In this document: positions 10,619 to 20,140 of the stretch, in pieces
Numbering within the stretch: position 1 is the first letter of the stretch
Layout of the letters: each line of letters starts with the position of its first letter
Assembly: GCA_045531585.1 (NCBI GenBank)
Contig: JAZSEH010000018.1
Coordinates: forward strand, 3,031 to 67,030
DNA length: 64,000 bases
DNA from: Acutalibacteraceae bacterium
GTDB lineage: Bacteria > Bacillota > Clostridia > Oscillospirales > Acutalibacteraceae
Direction of reading: 5' to 3'
Notes under the pieces: generated by a model
The model's database searches: none
What the model was told of the DNA's origin: nothing
Seen by the model: the letters and a program-made list of their open reading frames with translations, nothing else
Program-made: the position numbers and the translations under genes

Positions 10619-12055
10619 TTAATATGCCTTACCCCAATAAAGCATATGCTTTGCAGGCTTACCGCAGCAAACGCAGGTTCCTGTAATTTCCTCCTGCTCA
10701 AAGGGGATACAGCGTGAAGATATGCCTGCAACCTCCTTAAGCTTTTCCTCGCACTGGCGGTCCTCACACCACATTGCGCGGATAAAGCCGGGCTTGTTTT
10801 CGGCAATTTCTATAAGCTCTTCCATATTATGTGCATCATAGGTCATTTCATTCCTATGGTTGAGCGCTTTGTTATAAAGACCGTCACGAACGGCATCAAG
10901 AAGCTTTGGAATTTCGGTCTCAAGTTCATCCAGCTTAACAATTGTTTTTTCTCTGTTATCACGGCGAACAACAACGCAGCAGCCGTTTTCAATATCACGG
11001 GGACCGATTTCAATTCTCAGGGGAACGCCCTTCATTTCATACTCCGCAAACTTCCAGCCGGGGGACTGCTCGGAAAGGTCAATTTTTGCACGGCAATACT
11101 TTTTAAGTCCCTCATAAACCTGTGTTGCCTTTTCGGTAACGCCTTCTTTGTGGGCGGCAATGGGAACAACCACTACCTGAACGGGGGCAACTGCAGGAGG
11201 CAGTACAAGGCCGTTATCGTCACCGTGGGTCATAATTATTGCGCCGATTAAACGGGTGGAAACACCCCAAGAGGTCTGGAAGGGTGTGGAAAGCTTATTA
11301 TCCTTATTGGCAAACTGTATACCGAAGGCTTTGGCAAAGCCATCGCCAAAGTAGTGTGAGGTGCCGCTCTGCAAAGCCTTACCGTCGTGCATCATAGCCT
11401 CGATAGTATAGGTATCCTCAGCACCTGCAAAACGCTCCTTCTCGGTTTTAACCCCCTTAATTACGGGGATTGCAAGATATTTTTCTGCAAACTCGGCATA
11501 AATGTTAAGCATCTGCACGGTTTCCTGTCTTGCCTCAGCCTCGGTAGCGTGGATGGTGTGACCCTCCTGCCAATGGAACTCACGGGAGCGAAGGAAGGGG
11601 CGTGTGGTTTTTTCCCAACGAACAACGCTGCACCACTGGTTATAAAGCTTAGGTAAATCACGCCAGGAATGAATTATATTTTTATAATGGTCACAGAAAA
11701 GGGTTTCGGAGGTGGGGCGCACACACATACGCTCCTCCAGTTTTTCATTACCGCCGTGGGTTATCCAGGCGGCCTCGGGAGCGAAGCCCTCAACGTGGTC
11801 CTTTTCTATCTGTAAAAGACTTTCAGGAATAAACATAGGCATAGAAACATTCTCGTGCCCTGTCTCTTTAAACATACCGTCAAGTATCTTCTGAATATTC
11901 TCCCAGATAGCCCAACCGTAGGGACGGATAATCATACAGCCCTTAACTGAGGAATAATCCATAAGCTCCGCCTTAGATACCACGTCGGTATACCATTTCG
12001 CAAAATCCTCATCCATACTTGTAATGGATTTTACCATTTTTTCATTGTTAGCCAT
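10619..12055 (-). CDS. proS: Proline--tRNA ligase (archaeal/eukaryote-like short form)
   Basis: [11 protein letters not shown]-terminus, class II motifs and a C-terminal zinc-binding tail ending YWGKAY. Start set at ATG 12055 (MANNEK), with GGTGA upstream. Confidence 0.93.
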   Translation of the reverse strand: MANNEKMVKSITSMDEDFAKWYTDVVSKAELMDYSSVKGCMIIRPYGWAIWENIQKILDGMFKETGHENVSMPMFIPESLLQIEKDHVEGFAPEAAWITHGGNEKLEERMCVRPTSETLFCDHYKNIIHSWRDLPKLYNQWCSVVRWEKTTRPFLRSREFHWQEGHTIHATEAEARQETVQMLNIYAEFAEKYLAIPVIKGVKTEKERFAGAEDTYTIEAMMHDGKALQSGTSHYFGDGFAKAFGIQFANKDNKLSTPFQTSWGVSTRLIGAIIMTHGDDNGLVLPPAVAPVQVVVVPIAAHKEGVTEKATQVYEGLKKYCRAKIDLSEQSPGWKFAEYEMKGVPLRIEIGPRDIENGCCVVVRRDNREKTIVKLDELETEIPKLLDAVRDGLYNKALNHRNEMTYDAHNMEELIEIAENKPGFIRAMWCEDRQCEEKLKEVAGISSRCIPFEQEEITGTCVCCGKPAKHMLYWGKAY

Positions 12056-12097
12056 TTTCATCACCAAACATTATTATATTTTAATTTCCATATTTTT

Positions 12098-13234
12098 TCA
12101 ATGATTATTTAATTCAATTTCCTTATAGTTTCCAAGGAAGGTAAAATCGGGAAGCTCAGCCTGAAGGGTAGATACCAGAGAAATGGTCTGGCGGTCATTC
12201 ATATTGCCTGAGAAATCCAGATAAAACTCATACTCAAACCTACCGTTTCTTGCCGTTCGCGACTCAATTTTAGTAAGATTAAGGCCCTTAAGAGCAAAGC
12301 GGTTAAGTATCCTATACAGGGAGCCTGTAACGTGAGGCAGGGTAAACACAACGCTTACCTTATTGCTGTCATCAGGAATAATAAGCTCCTTTGATATGGT
12401 TATAAACCGTGTGGAGTTTGCCTTAACGGTTTGAATATCGTGAGCCAGCACCTCAAGCCCAAAGGACTGTGCCGCCTGAACCGAGGCAATTGCACCTACA
12501 GTTTTATCCCCTTTCTCTGCAACCATCTTTGCCGCAAGGGCTGTGTTGCTGTACTGAACGGGGGTAAAACCGTGTTCCTTTATGAATTTATCGCTTTGAT
12601 TTAGCGCCTGCGGGTGGGAGTATACGGTTTTTATGTCCTCAATACTGCTGCCTTTAACACCTAAAAGGTTTTCGTTTACCTTAAGGGCCGCCGCTGCAAC
12701 TATGTAGTGGCGGTATTTAAGTATCAGGTCATAAACCTCCTGTACCGAGCCTGCGTTGGAGTTTTCCACAGGTACTACGCCATAGGTGGCCTCACCATTT
12801 TCAACCGCCCTAAATACATCGGCAAAATTTCCGTAAAAACGGATGTCACCTTTGGGGAACAAATTACTTGCGGCCATATGTGAAAAGGCACCCTGTGTGC
12901 CCTGACAGGCAATTACTGTGTCACTTTTAAGGTCGCTTTTAGCGTGGACAATAGTTCCTGCAAGGTCGTGATGGGAAACCATTTCATTTTGCTGAAGCTC
13001 ACGGCTGGTGCCCATTATCTCACGGTAAACTGCGGCAATGTAGCTGCCGTGCTCACCCCCTGCCTTCATAACGCTTTCTATTATCTGCTCTTCCCTTGCG
13101 GTATTAAGTATGGGCAGATTATTAGCCTTTTTATATTCCGCAACGGCTAAGGAGCAATCAAATCTTTCCTTTAGCAGAGGGACAAGCTTAGCATCAATAT
13201 CATCAATTTTTACCCTAATATCTTTAAGCTCCAT
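12098..13234 (-). CDS. pheA: Bifunctional chorismate mutase / prephenate dehydratase
   Basis: N-terminal CM_2 helix (IRVKIDDIDAKLVPLLKERF), a PDT domain (ESRTA, equivalent to the TRF/ESRP region) and a C-terminal ACT domain. Confidence 0.9.
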   Translation of the reverse strand: MELKDIRVKIDDIDAKLVPLLKERFDCSLAVAEYKKANNLPILNTAREEQIIESVMKAGGEHGSYIAAVYREIMGTSRELQQNEMVSHHDLAGTIVHAKSDLKSDTVIACQGTQGAFSHMAASNLFPKGDIRFYGNFADVFRAVENGEATYGVVPVENSNAGSVQEVYDLILKYRHYIVAAAALKVNENLLGVKGSSIEDIKTVYSHPQALNQSDKFIKEHGFTPVQYSNTALAAKMVAEKGDKTVGAIASVQAAQSFGLEVLAHDIQTVKANSTRFITISKELIIPDDSNKVSVVFTLPHVTGSLYRILNRFALKGLNLTKIESRTARNGRFEYEFYLDFSGNMNDRQTISLVSTLQAELPDFTFLGNYKEIELNNH

Positions 13235-14322
13235 TATAGCCTTCCCTCCTGTGCAAGAAGATCAAGAACGGCCACGCTGAGCATTGCCTCAAGGGCGGGC
13301 AGAGCTCTTGGAACTATGCAGGGGTCGTGTCTGCCCTCAATTATAAGCTGAGCATCCTCCCCTGTTTTAAGGTTGACCGTTTGCTGCGGCTTTGATATGG
13401 ACGGGGTGGGCTTAAGAGCCACCTTTATGATAAGGGGCATTGAATTGGTTATGCCGCCGCAAATACCTCCGCAATGGTTGGTTTTGGTTTTAACGGTATT
13501 TTCACCGTAATACATTTCATCGTTAGCCTGACTTCCTCTCATTGCGCCGAAGTCAAAGCCCTCACCAAAGGCTACGGCCTTTACTGCAGGTATGCCGTAA
13601 AGTGCCGAGGCTATTATATTTTCAACACCTGCAAACATAGGATTTCCAAGACCTGCAGGAAGACCCGTTACGGCAAGCTCAACAATACCGCCTACGCTGT
13701 CCCCATCAAGCCTTGCGGCCTCAATTTCCCGACGCATAGCTTCTTCTTTTTCAGGGCTGTTTAATGAAAACAGACTGCCTGACAGCCTCTCAAGCTCATC
13801 ACCTGAAACCTTAACGGCATCAAAAGGAGTATCGCAAACGCTACCAATTTGGGCAATGTGCCCACCAACAGTTATCCCTTTATTTTTAAGAATACTGCGG
13901 CATACAGTTCCTGCGGCAACTATGGGCGCAGTAAGTCTCCCTGAAAAGTGACCGCCGCCGCGAATATCATTAAAGCCTGAATACTTAACGTATGCAGGAT
14001 AATCGCTGTGGGATGGCCTTGGGCAGGCAGCTAAATTATCGTAATTTTTCGACCTTGTATCGTTATTTCGAATTATAAGGGCAAGGGGAGCGCCTGTGGT
14101 TTTACCGTCAAGCACACCTGATAAAAATTCAGGTATATCCGCTTCCTTTCTTGTGGTAGCGGTTTTATCCTTGCCGGGTGCACGGCGTGCGCCCTGTGCG
14201 GCAATATCATCATAGGGTATTTGCGCCCCTGCAGGCAGACCCGTAAGCACGGCGCCTATAGCAGCACCGTGGCTTTCGCCAAAAATATCAAGGCTTATTT
14301 TACTGCCGAACCTAGAGTTCAT
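13234..14322 (-). CDS. aroC: Chorismate synthase
   Basis: GESHG N-terminal motif, RPSHSDY, GGGHFSGRLTA. Confidence 0.94.
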   Translation of the reverse strand: MNSRFGSKISLDIFGESHGAAIGAVLTGLPAGAQIPYDDIAAQGARRAPGKDKTATTRKEADIPEFLSGVLDGKTTGAPLALIIRNNDTRSKNYDNLAACPRPSHSDYPAYVKYSGFNDIRGGGHFSGRLTAPIVAAGTVCRSILKNKGITVGGHIAQIGSVCDTPFDAVKVSGDELERLSGSLFSLNSPEKEEAMRREIEAARLDGDSVGGIVELAVTGLPAGLGNPMFAGVENIIASALYGIPAVKAVAFGEGFDFGAMRGSQANDEMYYGENTVKTKTNHCGGICGGITNSMPLIIKVALKPTPSISKPQQTVNLKTGEDAQLIIEGRHDPCIVPRALPALEAMLSVAVLDLLAQEGRL

Positions 14323-15562
14323 TTACTATTCCTCCGATTTTGCGAAGATCCTTATAAAATTCGGGGTAGGATTTTTCTACCGCACCTGCGAAGCTTATAT
14401 CACTTTCCCCTTGCGCATAACAGGCCGCAACGGCAAAGGCCATTACTATGCGGTGGTCGTTAGCACCGTCAATACTTCCTGCCTTTACTGTGCCCCCGTT
14501 TATTGTAATTGTATCAGCCGTTTGGATTACGTCAACACCCATAGCAGTGAGGGCGTTACAAACGGTTTCTATTCTGTCACTTTCCTTGAGCCTGAGTCTT
14601 GCGGCGCCTGTAATTTTTGTTGTGCCCTTGGCAAAGGCCGCCGTTGCGGCAATGGCAGGCACCATATCGGGTATCTGCTCCACGTTAACCTCAATACCGC
14701 GAAGCACACCCTTCCTTACAAACAAGGTGTTGTTAAGGGTAGAAAGCTCAGCGCCAAAGGCGGCAAAAACGTCAAGGGCCGCCATATCGCCCTGAGTGGA
14801 GGCAAAATTAAGTCCCTCTATTGCCACCTCACCGCCAATGGCCGCCGCCGACATAAAGAACGCCGCCGCAGACCAATCAGCCTCAATTTTTATATCACGG
14901 GCGATATATTTCTGACCGCCCTTTACAAAATATCCCGTATCGGTTTTTTGAACCCTTACGCCAAAGGCAGACATAACGTCAACCGTCATATCAACGTAAG
15001 CTGCCGATTCCAAGGTACCCTTAATATTCACCGTAACGTCATTTCCCATTAGTGGTGCGGCAAGAAGTATACCGCTTATGTACTGGGAGCTTACGTTACC
15101 GGGAACCGTAAAGACCTCTCCCTTAAAGCGGCCGCTTATATCCATAGGCAGTTGGTCGCTGTTTACCTTAACTCCGTTTTCACGCAGAACGTCACACAAC
15201 ACCGAAAAGGGACGCTGTGGCAGCCTCCCCTCGCCTATAAACTGAGCGTTTATTCCAAGGGCGGCAACCACGGGAATGAGAAACCGTGCGGTAGAGCCTG
15301 ACTCAAAGCAGTTAAGCTTAACACCGTTTTGCCATTTACCCGTTGTTACGGTATAGCCGTTTTCGTCAGCGCTTATCTGCGCACCCATTGTACGAAGTGT
15401 GCCTACCGTGGCATTTATATCACGGGAGGTGCAAAAGGGACGGATAACGCTTTTGCCCTGAGCCAAGGCGGCACAAATAAGTACGCGGTGTGCCACACTT
15501 TTGGAGGGAGGAAGCTGAACCTTACCCGAAAGGGTGTGTGGTGTTATTTTAACACTATTCAT
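14312..15562 (-). CDS. aroA: 3-phosphoshikimate 1-carboxyvinyltransferase (EPSP synthase)
   Basis: LPPSKSVAHR N-terminal motif and C-terminal NDHRIVMAF. Confidence 0.94.
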   Translation of the reverse strand: MNSVKITPHTLSGKVQLPPSKSVAHRVLICAALAQGKSVIRPFCTSRDINATVGTLRTMGAQISADENGYTVTTGKWQNGVKLNCFESGSTARFLIPVVAALGINAQFIGEGRLPQRPFSVLCDVLRENGVKVNSDQLPMDISGRFKGEVFTVPGNVSSQYISGILLAAPLMGNDVTVNIKGTLESAAYVDMTVDVMSAFGVRVQKTDTGYFVKGGQKYIARDIKIEADWSAAAFFMSAAAIGGEVAIEGLNFASTQGDMAALDVFAAFGAELSTLNNTLFVRKGVLRGIEVNVEQIPDMVPAIAATAAFAKGTTKITGAARLRLKESDRIETVCNALTAMGVDVIQTADTITINGGTVKAGSIDGANDHRIVMAFAVAACYAQGESDISFAGAVEKSYPEFYKDLRKIGGIVNEL

Positions 15563-15565
15563 TTT

Positions 15566-16615
15566 TCACACTCCAAAAAAAGCTTCAAGGTCATCAACGG
15601 GTATTTTATGGGTATACGCCTCACCTATACGGTGGAGCAATACAAGATTTATATCCTTTACGGTGGATTTTTTATCCCTGCGGCACAGCTTTAAAAGCTC
15701 ATCAAGGGGAGCATCCACCTGAGTTTTAAGGCCAAAATCACACAGCAGGTCTTTAATTCTTTGGGCTGTACCTTCCTCAGTAAGGCCGTTTTTCTCAGAA
15801 GCCTCTGTTATCATAAGCATACCAACTCCCACAGCCTCGCCGTGGGTTATACCGCGAAAGTTATAATAAAGCTCAATAGCGTGGGCCAGGGTATGACCGA
15901 AATTCAGGTGCATACGCTCCCCTTTTTCACGGAAATCATTTTCCACAACTATACGCTTAATATCTACGCAGGAGCATATAACGTCCTCCAGGCGTTGCTG
16001 GGCATCGGGAGTGCTAAGGGCATTAAAAAGCTTTTCACTTCTTATTGCGCCTGCCTTTATTATCTCACCCATACCGTCACAGAAAAATTCACTTGGCAGG
16101 GTGTCAAGGGTGGCAGTATCAATAAGCACAAGGCGCGGATTATGAAATGCACCAACAAGATTTTTGCCATAGGAGGTATCACAGCCTGTTTTACCGCCTA
16201 CGGAGGAATCTACCTGAGATAACAGTGAAGTGGGTATCTGAATAAAATCAATACCACGCAGATATATGGCCGCGGCAAAGCCTGCCATATCACCTGTAAC
16301 ACCGCCGCCTACCGCAATTACCAGATCCTTACGGGAAAGGCCGAAGCGGCTCATGGCATCCAGCATATTTTCAACCGTTTTAAGGTTTTTGTTTTCCTCC
16401 CCTGCAGGGAAGGTAAACAGCGACGTGTCATAACCCTCCTTTTCAAGGGCAAAAAGTATTTTCTTTGCATAAAGGGGCGCCACGTTGCTATCTGTTATAA
16501 CAAGTATTTTTTCAGCCTGTGTGACCTGCTTTATATATTCACAGCAGTTATCCAAAATATCCCTTTCAATAAGGATATCATAGGGCTTTTCGGCGCCTAC
16601 CGTCATTTTAAGCAT
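15566..16615 (-). CDS. aroB: 3-dehydroquinate synthase
   Basis: GGGVTGDMAGFAAA nucleotide-binding motif and the metal ligands HTLAHAIE / HGEAVGVGM. Confidence 0.94.
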   Translation of the reverse strand: MLKMTVGAEKPYDILIERDILDNCCEYIKQVTQAEKILVITDSNVAPLYAKKILFALEKEGYDTSLFTFPAGEENKNLKTVENMLDAMSRFGLSRKDLVIAVGGGVTGDMAGFAAAIYLRGIDFIQIPTSLLSQVDSSVGGKTGCDTSYGKNLVGAFHNPRLVLIDTATLDTLPSEFFCDGMGEIIKAGAIRSEKLFNALSTPDAQQRLEDVICSCVDIKRIVVENDFREKGERMHLNFGHTLAHAIELYYNFRGITHGEAVGVGMLMITEASEKNGLTEEGTAQRIKDLLCDFGLKTQVDAPLDELLKLCRRDKKSTVKDINLVLLHRIGEAYTHKIPVDDLEAFFGV

Positions 16616-16626
16616 AGGGAAAACTC

Positions 16627-17628
16627 CTAAACGTTAGATTTCAGAGCATTTAATTTCTTTGCAAGGTTATCAAATGCAGCGGGTGTTATGGACTGAGCAC
16701 CGTCACAAAGGGCGTGTGCAGGGTCGTTATGTACCTCGATTATAAGACCGTCTGCTCCTGCGGCAACTGCGGCGAGACACAAGGGCTCAACCAACCAGGA
16801 TATACCGCCTGAATGGCTGGGGTCAACCACTACAGGAAGGTGAGACAGCTTTTTGAAAATGGGAATAGCCGAAATATCAAGAGTATTTCTGGTGTAGGTT
16901 TCAAAGGAGCGTATTCCGCGCTCACAAAGGATAACCTGCTCATTACCTTGACTCATTATATATTCGGCACTCATAAGGGTTTCCTCAATGGTATTGGCAA
17001 GACCGCGCTTTAAAAGAATAGGCTTGTTAAGCTTTCCAAGCTCCTTTAAAAGCTCAAAGTTCTGCATATTACGAGCACCAACCTGAATGACGTCTACGTT
17101 TTCGAATAAATCAAGGTGGGAAACGCTCATTATCTCGGTAACAATAGGCAGACCCGTTTCCTTTTTGGCCTCAAGAAGAAGGTCAATTCCCTGACCTCGA
17201 AGACCCTGGAAGGCATAGGGAGAGGTGCGGGGCTTGAAGGCACCGCCACGAAGAAGTGAAGCGCCGCTTTCCTTAACAGCTTTTGCAACGCCGGTTATCT
17301 GAGCCTCACTCTCCACAGAGCAGGGGCCTGCAATAAGGGTAAGTCCCCCACCGCCTATGGTGGCATTACCAACGGTTATTTTGGTATCATTGGGATGGAA
17401 AGCGCGGTTTGCCTTTTTATAGGGCTCCTGAACACGCTTAACGCTTTCAACTATCTCCTTAGCCTCGATGGCCTCGGAATCCACAAGGTGGGTATCGCCA
17501 AGCAGACCCAAAACTGTGGAATGTGTACCGTACCAGGTATTTACCTGTATATCATATTTTTCAGTGAGCTGATTTGAAAAGACCTGTATCTGCTCATCTG
17601 TTACGTTTGATTTTAAAACTATAATCAT
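16627..17628 (-). CDS. 3-deoxy-7-phosphoheptulonate (DAHP) synthase, type I-beta with N-terminal regulatory domain
   Basis: An ~80-aa N-terminal ferredoxin-like domain is followed by a KDO8PS-like barrel (IAGPCSVES, GARNMQN, VDPSH). Confidence 0.9.
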   Translation of the reverse strand: MIIVLKSNVTDEQIQVFSNQLTEKYDIQVNTWYGTHSTVLGLLGDTHLVDSEAIEAKEIVESVKRVQEPYKKANRAFHPNDTKITVGNATIGGGGLTLIAGPCSVESEAQITGVAKAVKESGASLLRGGAFKPRTSPYAFQGLRGQGIDLLLEAKKETGLPIVTEIMSVSHLDLFENVDVIQVGARNMQNFELLKELGKLNKPILLKRGLANTIEETLMSAEYIMSQGNEQVILCERGIRSFETYTRNTLDISAIPIFKKLSHLPVVVDPSHSGGISWLVEPLCLAAVAAGADGLIIEVHNDPAHALCDGAQSITPAAFDNLAKKLNALKSNV

Positions 17629-17673
17629 ATTTAGGACCTCCGTATCTAATTGATTATACTATATTTTACCTAA

Positions 17674-18183
17674 TTATTCAAGGTTGTTCTTTGCCAAAAG
17701 CACGGTTTTTGCAAGGTTTTTTGCATCATCCGCGGCATTTAAAGTAAGTTTTGCCACGCTTTTATATATGGGCCCGCGCAAAGCAAGCAATTCCTTAACC
17801 CTTTGCTCCTTATCCGCACCCTGTAAAAGAGGACGGGTGGTATCACCCTCAAGGCGGGAAATAACGGTCTGAGCGTCCACCTCAAGATAAACTGTAAGGC
17901 CCTTTTCAAAAAGTGACTTGTCCTCACAGAATATTGGCAGACCGCCACCTGTGGAAATTATCCTTTCCTCCCCGCCTTCCAGCAGCTCACAAAGAACCTG
18001 TTCTTCGGTTTTGCGAAACTGTGCCTCGCCGTATTTTTCGAAAAACTGCGAAACGGTTATGCCGAACTTTTCCTCAATATAAGCGTCGGTATCTACAAGG
18101 GGAAGACCCGATAGCTCACTTATAGCCCTACCTACCGTGGATTTTCCGCAGCCCATAAAGCCTATTAAAATTATATTTTTCAC
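17674..18183 (-). CDS. aroK: Shikimate kinase
   Basis: Walker A GFMGCGKST, DTD and GGG motifs; 169 aa. Confidence 0.92.
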   Translation of the reverse strand: MKNIILIGFMGCGKSTVGRAISELSGLPLVDTDAYIEEKFGITVSQFFEKYGEAQFRKTEEQVLCELLEGGEERIISTGGGLPIFCEDKSLFEKGLTVYLEVDAQTVISRLEGDTTRPLLQGADKEQRVKELLALRGPIYKSVAKLTLNAADDAKNLAKTVLLAKNNLE

Positions 18184-19013
18184 CTTTTCATCAACTCCTG
18201 TGCGGTAAGGGTAACCACCCCTTCAAGCTGCTCCCTTGAAAACTGCACACCGCACAATATTGTCTGTGCCTGAGCCGCCTGACAAACAAGCATTGCAAGC
18301 CCATTGGCGCAGGGTACTCCCTGCTGCTTTGCATATTTAAGCACAAGGGTTTCAAGGGGGTTATAAATGGTATCAAACACGTTTCCCATAAGGGCAACCT
18401 GCTTTTTAGTTAAGGGGGAAGCATCACAGCTCGGATACATACCAATGGGGGTTGCGTTTACAAATAAATCGTATTTCTTGCTAATCTCGTTAACCTCAAT
18501 AACAGGAACGGTAATGCCCGTTGCTTTTTTAAGCTCCTGTGTAAGGGGGATTGCCCTTTCCCTGCTACCCTGACGGGTACAGATGGTAAGTGAACAGCCC
18601 ATACGCAGCGTTTCAAAGGCTATGGTTCTTGCAACACCGCCGTAGCCGTACATAAGAACGCTTCCCTTAAGAGGAATATTATTGAACTCAAGGCCGCTTA
18701 AATAGCCGTATGCATCGGTATTAAAGCCCGAAAGGCTGCCGTTTTCGGTTTTTACGGTGTTTACCGCACCAAATCGGGTTGCAGCGGCATCCATAGAAGC
18801 TAAATATTTTATTATGTTTTGTTTATGAGGTATGGTGATATTAAAGCCGTCAAGCTTTTTAAGGGTATCTATATGCTTTGAAAATTCCTCCACAGGGAAG
18901 GAGTAAAGGGAATAATCGGCATCTATCCCGTTAACCTCAAAAAGGCGCGCCTGAATAAATGGCGACATAGTATGGGTAAGAGGATAGCCTATAAGGCCGA
19001 AATGTTTTTTCAT
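18180..19013 (-). CDS. aroE: Shikimate dehydrogenase
   Basis: FGLIGYPLTHTMSP N-terminus, NITIPHK, NTD, GYGGVARTI Rossmann motif. Start set at ATG 19013; the ORF-track start at 19022 is a GTG. Confidence 0.9.
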   Translation of the reverse strand: MKKHFGLIGYPLTHTMSPFIQARLFEVNGIDADYSLYSFPVEEFSKHIDTLKKLDGFNITIPHKQNIIKYLASMDAAATRFGAVNTVKTENGSLSGFNTDAYGYLSGLEFNNIPLKGSVLMYGYGGVARTIAFETLRMGCSLTICTRQGSRERAIPLTQELKKATGITVPVIEVNEISKKYDLFVNATPIGMYPSCDASPLTKKQVALMGNVFDTIYNPLETLVLKYAKQQGVPCANGLAMLVCQAAQAQTILCGVQFSREQLEGVVTLTAQELMKR

Positions 19014-19041
19014 AAATACCACCGCTTTTAAAATTTCGATA

Positions 19042-19070
19042 TTGACAAATATGTGATTTTATTTTATTAT
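19042..19070 (+). promoter_or_regulatory. Candidate sigma-A promoter of acpP
   Basis: TTGACA (19042-19047), 17 nt spacer, TATTAT (19065-19070). Confidence 0.5.
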
Positions 19071-19185
19071 TTCTATAGTTGAACTTGACTTATGGGAGAA
19101 TATGTTGTATTCTAAATATGTATTTAAATATACCATATTTGTCTTTTTATGTCTACTTTTAATGTTGTTTTTTGGAGGTTTTTTT

Positions 19186-19410
19186 ATGGTATTCGAAAAA
19201 GTTAAAGAGATTTTGGCCGAGCAGCTTGACTCAAATGCAGAGGAAATGACTATGGAAACCCGCATTGTTGACGATCTTGGTGCAGATAGCCTTGACGTTG
19301 TTGAAATGCTTATGACCGTTGAGGATGAGTTTGAGATTGAAATTCCCGATAGCGTTATTGAAGATCTTAAAACCATTGGCGACGTTGTTGGATACATACA
19401 GAACAAATAA
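19186..19410 (+). CDS. acpP: Acyl carrier protein
   Basis: 74 aa with the [13 protein letters not shown] phosphopantetheine attachment motif. GGAGG lies 7 nt upstream of ATG 19186. The ORF-track start at 19102 adds a nonsensical hydrophobic extension. Confidence 0.93.
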   Translation: MVFEKVKEILAEQLDSNAEEMTMETRIVDDLGADSLDVVEMLMTVEDEFEIEIPDSVIEDLKTIGDVVGYIQNK

Positions 19411-19425
19411 GCACGTAAAAAACAT

Positions 19426-19465
19426 AATGCCTTGTAAAGATTCTTCTTTACAAGGCATTTTTTTC
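19426..19465 (+). terminator. Rho-independent terminator after acpP (bidirectional shape)
   Basis: 15-bp stem aatgccttgtaaaga / tctttacaaggcatt with a 4-nt loop, followed by T7. Confidence 0.85.
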
Positions 19466-19754
19466 ATTGAAAAATCCCCTTTCATGATTTAAATAAAAAA
19501 TAAGATTTTGGGAGGTTTGTATTATCTGCTGACCACAGAGAAAACAATGCTCCGCTTTCTTTGCACTAAAAAGCGAAAATAATGTCCCATTTAAACATTG
19601 TAAAATGGTTATTATAACTATATTATAAACCTTTTGTTATTTTTCAATACACATTAGACGGACGATATGGACATTGTTATTTTGTTTTTAATCCATTATT
19701 AAATAAATGAGCTAAACAGGAAATATTTTACTGAATTTTGCAGGCAATATTACC

Positions 19755-19806
19755 CACCTATAAAGAAACACCAAAGGCACCGCATATACATACGGTGCCT
19801 TTGGTG
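19755..19806 (-). terminator. Terminator of the microprotein gene
   Basis: 14-bp stem caccaaaggcaccg / cggtgcctttggtg (19769-19806) followed on the minus strand by tttctttat. Confidence 0.7.
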
Positions 19807-19849
19807 CAAAAATAAAAAAGAAAGGAATTAAAAATGAAAACGTATTAAA

Positions 19850-19993
19850 TTATACTTTGGCAAGCTTCTTTTTAATCATACGGATAACGCGCCTTTCCAT
19901 AGCGATAAGACGGCGCTCATTTAAAAAGCCCCAAAGCACAAAGCCTATTAAAACAACCTCTACTAAAGTTTGAAAGATAGCAAGTAAACCCAT
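19850..19993 (-). CDS. 47-aa single-pass membrane microprotein, unknown function
   Basis: MGLLAIFQTLVEVVLIGFVLWGFLNERRLIAMERRVIRMIKKKLAKV. GGAGG lies 5 nt upstream of ATG 19993. The gene has its own promoter and terminators on both sides. The 85-aa ORF-track version runs back through the promoter. Confidence 0.55.
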   Translation of the reverse strand: MGLLAIFQTLVEVVLIGFVLWGFLNERRLIAMERRVIRMIKKKLAKV

Positions 19994-20027
19994 AATTTCC
20001 TCCGCCGAACATTTGTTCTTTTTCTTT

Positions 20028-20055
20028 ATTATACTCTTTTTTCTGCATTTGTCAA
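20028..20055 (-). promoter_or_regulatory. Candidate sigma-A promoter of the microprotein gene
   Basis: On the minus strand: TTGACA (20055-20050), 16 nt spacer, TATAAT (20033-20028). Confidence 0.55.
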
Positions 20056-20091
20056 GTATTTTTTTAAAATTTTTTTCTGACCTTGTAAATA

Positions 20092-20129
20092 CATTATAAA
20101 AAAACAAAAGTCCCCAAAAAGGGACTTTT
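20092..20129 (-). terminator. Terminator after the DUF1273 gene
   Basis: Stem aaaagtccc / gggactttt (20106-20129) followed on the minus strand by gttttttat. Confidence 0.65.
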
Positions 20130-20140
20130 AAAATTATTTT

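Noticed and set aside
10604-12097. I looked for T-box leaders or riboswitches upstream of proS and alaS, and for attenuators upstream of the aro genes.
   Set aside because: The intergenic gaps are only 15-45 nt, too short for any known leader RNA, and no specifier or T-box sequences were seen.
19102-19185. A 28-aa hydrophobic N-terminal extension precedes acpP in the ORF track.
   Set aside because: ACPs are about 75 aa. GGAGG precedes the internal ATG 19186, and the extension overlaps the predicted promoter/leader.
19585-19635. AT-rich palindromic stretches (atttaaacattgtaaaatgg, ggttattataactatattataaacc) in the spacer between convergent terminators could be a dif (XerCD) site.
   Set aside because: The location between convergent genes is suggestive. 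However, neither stretch aligns without indels to the conserved XerD arm (TTATGTAAACT-like). I cannot support the call by eye, and it would need a genome-wide dif search and GC-skew terminus mapping.
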